A program made the translations under genes and the position numbers. 64,000 nucleotides of DNA from an uncultured virus (IMG/VR IMGVR_UViG_3300044706_000059). Its lineage: Duplodnaviria; Heunggongvirae; Uroviricota; Caudoviricetes; Crassvirales. Numbering within the stretch: the first letter of the stretch is position 1; each line of letters starts with the position of its first letter. Below the pieces are notes generated by a model. It did no database searches. It was not told the DNA's origin and saw only the letters and a list, made by a program, of their open reading frames with translations. The stretch is taken from positions 1 to 64,000 of the IMG/VR virus record IMGVR_UViG_3300044706_000059. One strand, 5' to 3'. Of this stretch, positions 60,681-64,000 are shown piece after piece.

Positions 60681-63600
60681 ATGAAACGTTTATTAACCAT
60701 ATTGTTTTTAATAATAAGTATCGTTTGTAATGCACAATTACCATTTAATCCGGTTGTAACTCAAACCTCTACAGGTAATTTTAAATGGGGATGGCCCCGA
60801 GCAGATTCAGGATTTATAAATGCTGTAAGAGATACATTTAATGCCAGGTATTCGGGCTCTCAAATAATTAGAATACAAAACGGCGATACCTCTTTATGGT
60901 TTGGAGCAGGTGGGCATTTATGGTTCAAAAATTTGCAGGGGAAAGATACCAATTCATTAAGTACAAGAATAAACTTTAAATTAAATACTATAGATACCAC
61001 TAATAAATGGATTGGGTTGGGTCGGAGAATACAGGATACGATGTATAGAATAAATGATTCTACAATAGGCTACACAATTAACCAGGTATTACATACCATC
61101 CAGATTTTGGGAAGATCGCAAGGGGGAGGGGGAGGTTCTGGTACTGTTACCAGCGTGAATATGTCTGTTCCTGCTGCATTAACAGTGAGTGGCGGCCCAA
61201 TTACTGGAGCAGGTACATTTAATTTATCGGGAGCCGGCAACTCAGGGCAATATATAAAAGGCAATGGAACATTAGGAACTACTGATACTTCAATGATTAC
61301 CAATTTCTATTTGAAATCAAGAGGGTTATTATCTGGTAATTCGCCTTTATCATACAATAACATAACTGGCATTTTTAGTATTCAAAATGCTAATACTACA
61401 GGTCAAAAAGGTGCGGCTACGTTTGTTAACGCATCCTTTTCGGATAATGGCAGCGGCTTAATTGATCTGGCTGATGTAGTTACAGGTGGCGTTTGTTCTA
61501 ATTGCAATGTTACATTCGATTCAAAAGGAAGGGCAACTACCTTCACAGATGGGACGGGAGCAAGTGTAAACGCTAGACGTTCAGTAACCAAAGCTACCCT
61601 TGATTCTTTACAGCTTGTTAATGACACTACTTTAAATGTAGCTACAGGGAGAAAATATGATTATCAATTAGATACTACAGGTCGGCGCGCCTATTATGAA
61701 GATAAATATGTTATAGGTAAAAATTATGGTGAAATAAGAGGTTTGCGACTTCCTGATACTTCTTATGTTTTTAGAGCAAATTCCTCCCAAGTCGTAGGCG
61801 ATTATGTCTATGACCCAACAGACGTAACTACTACGGATGATACTGTGGTTACAATTGTTTCGGGAACTTATAGATACAAGAGATATATCCCTGACGGAGT
61901 ATATGACCCGCATTGGTGGGGTGCAAAAGCTAACGGCACCTATGATGATACATGGGCAGTGCAGCAGGCCATAAACGCAGCAAATAAATACACAGGCAAC
62001 AATGGTACTGTGATACGCTTGACTGGTAATTATAAATTTGACCCATCAAACTTTGTATATAATACAGGCAGGGGAATGGTATTTGAAATAACAGGTAATG
62101 TACAGTTATTGAACACTTGGCGTATAACAAGAGGGGTGAGTATAATTGGTAAGGGTGGGGCAACAGCGGAAGCATCATTTGCATGGTCGAACATAGCATC
62201 GATTCAATATACCGTGGTAAATACAGGAGCTCCCAAAGCTGCTGTTGAGTTGACATATGGCGGCAATACTTTGAGAAACCTAACCATTGGTAGTTATGGA
62301 GGGATAGGAGTTAAATTAAATGGAACATTTTTTATACCAGCAGCATTAGCATTGTTGGATAATGTTAGTGCTAGTGTAGGCTCGTATACTGGCAAGCAAA
62401 CAGGGTTGCTGGTATCGGACTGGTTTTGGTTTAAATTGGATAACTGTTCGTTTAGCGTGGATGGCACATCTGCGGCAGGCAGTTCGTCTATAAAGCTGGA
62501 AGGTAAAACATATTTCCCCGACATCAACTTGTGCTATCTGGGCGAATTTAATAATTGCACTGCCCAGGGTAGACCAATTAGAATACAAGCCGGTGACACA
62601 GCAGACGCAAGTCTAAATGTAGGCATTGTAAATATAACTTTTAGAAACTTAACGATAGAAAATGTAGCTCCTGATACTGCCGCCATCATGTTAAACAGTA
62701 CACGTATTCCCATAGATAATATAGTATTTGAGCGTCCAGTAATGGTAGATACCTATAACATGGGGTTCTTCATTTATAACGCGGGTAATAATACCACAGG
62801 AGTAAAATTACATGATGGTGATTTGTTAAGTGGACAATTAAAGAAAATATTCGGGGGTGCCGCTATAGTTAATAAGTATTTCACAAGCACTGCTAAACCC
62901 ATCAATAATTTTGTCTTTAACCCAAATTCAAGGCAATTGTACGATGATTTTGGTATTAATGGTTCTACAGATAATATAAACATGAATAGGGGATGGAAAC
63001 CACCATTGGAATTACAGTTGTACGATGGCGGCCAAATTGCACGAAATGCTGCACGACTAAAAGATTCAGTAATAACTTCGGCCTCGGTTGTAACTGAACC
63101 CTTTACTGGATATAATGGAGATACGGTAGCAATCAAAGTAACCCCCGATGGAACTAATAGCAACCCTACTATCCAAATAAAACAATATGAGCAAGTTTGG
63201 CATACTGGCGATCAAATATATTTCGGTGCATGGGTTAAAAGCGATATGATGGACAGCATCTTTTCAACGGCTTTAAAGGCTCAAATAGATGGTGGATATC
63301 TTTGGCAGAATACATCTTCGTCCACACTTGTTTCGGACATAACTTTTATTTCACAACCTAATAATGGATGGAGGTTTTTAATATGCTCAGGGTTAATTGA
63401 TGCGTCGGCATCAGACCATTCTTCACATAAAATGTATTTATACATTAATAGCAACGATACCAATAGAACACACCCATACTATGTTTCTCACGCTTTTGCT
63501 TACAAAATAGACAGTGCAACCGCCATAAACCAAAATGAATTTCTTTCGTGGGTTAAGATGAATGCCGGTGGTCTTTACGCTGTTCCTTCAAAGAGTTATG

Positions 63601-64000
63601 GGATAAGAGATGATTTGCCATTCTATGTTGGAGATAGTACGCGCTTTTTAAAAGGGGTACTGCAACGAATGGATGGTACGGGTACATGGCAGTCAGTGGG
63701 AGGTGGAGGCGGTAGTATTACCTTGGCTCCGATAGGTTCTAGCCCAAACGCAGACGGCGCTTCCTTTAGCTCTGGAACGCTAACATTACAACCGGCTAAT
63801 GGTTCATTCGGTGGCGTGGTAACTACGGCTTCTCAAACATTTGCTGGAACAAAAACATTTAATAATGAAATAATTGTTAGTGGTAATACACCTAATAATC
63901 CTACAGGTCTATTCGGAAACATGAATATTCAGTCGTTTCAAAATCTGAATGGATTTGTTGCCAATAATCTTTATTACAACAACGGAGGTAGCGGATATAC
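60681..64000 (+). CDS. Tail fibre/spike with N-terminal signal peptide and pectate-lyase-like beta-helix (truncated by window end)
   Basis: Not in the ORF track because it runs off the end; MKRLLTILFLIISIVCNAQ, GGGGSGTVTSV, WWGAKANGTYDDTWAVQQAINA, QTFAGTKTF. Confidence 0.8.
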   Translation, partial: MKRLLTILFLIISIVCNAQLPFNPVVTQTSTGNFKWGWPRADSGFINAVRDTFNARYSGSQIIRIQNGDTSLWFGAGGHLWFKNLQGKDTNSLSTRINFKLNTIDTTNKWIGLGRRIQDTMYRINDSTIGYTINQVLHTIQILGRSQGGGGGSGTVTSVNMSVPAALTVSGGPITGAGTFNLSGAGNSGQYIKGNGTLGTTDTSMITNFYLKSRGLLSGNSPLSYNNITGIFSIQNANTTGQKGAATFVNASFSDNGSGLIDLADVVTGGVCSNCNVTFDSKGRATTFTDGTGASVNARRSVTKATLDSLQLVNDTTLNVATGRKYDYQLDTTGRRAYYEDKYVIGKNYGEIRGLRLPDTSYVFRANSSQVVGDYVYDPTDVTTTDDTVVTIVSGTYRYKRYIPDGVYDPHWWGAKANGTYDDTWAVQQAINAANKYTGNNGTVIRLTGNYKFDPSNFVYNTGRGMVFEITGNVQLLNTWRITRGVSIIGKGGATAEASFAWSNIASIQYTVVNTGAPKAAVELTYGGNTLRNLTIGSYGGIGVKLNGTFFIPAALALLDNVSASVGSYTGKQTGLLVSDWFWFKLDNCSFSVDGTSAAGSSSIKLEGKTYFPDINLCYLGEFNNCTAQGRPIRIQAGDTADASLNVGIVNITFRNLTIENVAPDTAAIMLNSTRIPIDNIVFERPVMVDTYNMGFFIYNAGNNTTGVKLHDGDLLSGQLKKIFGGAAIVNKYFTSTAKPINNFVFNPNSRQLYDDFGINGSTDNINMNRGWKPPLELQLYDGGQIARNAARLKDSVITSASVVTEPFTGYNGDTVAIKVTPDGTNSNPTIQIKQYEQVWHTGDQIYFGAWVKSDMMDSIFSTALKAQIDGGYLWQNTSSSTLVSDITFISQPNNGWRFLICSGLIDASASDHSSHKMYLYINSNDTNRTHPYYVSHAFAYKIDSATAINQNEFLSWVKMNAGGLYAVPSKSYGIRDDLPFYVGDSTRFLKGVLQRMDGTGTWQSVGGGGGSITLAPIGSSPNADGASFSSGTLTLQPANGSFGGVVTTASQTFAGTKTFNNEIIVSGNTPNNPTGLFGNMNIQSFQNLNGFVANNLYYNNGGSGY

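Noticed and set aside
60681..64000. Minus-strand ORFs listed in the track over the last 3.3 kb; a diversity-generating retroelement target
   Set aside because: They are shadows of the long plus-strand fibre gene; no reverse transcriptase or template/variable repeat pair is visible

Overview
A 64 kb segment of a tailed dsDNA bacteriophage, most likely infecting a Bacteroidota host: several promoters match the Bacteroidota sigma-A -33 TTG / -7 TAnnTTTG pattern, and the virion module has a podovirus-like, crAss/Cellulophaga-phage-style order. The standard genetic code reads all large genes. Layout: (1) 1-10.6 kb, minus-strand genes (RusA-like resolvase, two YqaJ-like exonucleases, MmcB-like nuclease, small ORFs) with a 1.4 kb non-coding array of about ten abutting structured RNA modules; (2) a strand-switch region with TTAGCGTAA repeats, then a zinc-finger-fused RecA; (3) 12.7-27.8 kb of small accessory and replication genes (NinG, solo DnaA domain IV, YopX x2, RNase HI, initiator/loader-like pair, exoribonuclease, ASCH); (4) a glycosyltransferase/methyltransferase cluster; (5) terminase, portal, scaffold, major capsid, tail ring and stabilisation proteins, ejection proteins and a tail fibre running off the right end. 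The most striking observations are: the RNA array, which includes CCA-ended tRNA mimics (one displaying a CUCAUAA loop) and a tmRNA-like element; a tail fibre with a Sec signal peptide and many D-S/T motifs; a variant histidine-phosphatase domain and an out-of-frame nested gene inside the giant ejection protein; and a KK(I/V)M(I/L)KV motif shared by small virion-region proteins. All protein and RNA calls come from reading motifs and base-pairing by eye; no searches or folding programs were run.
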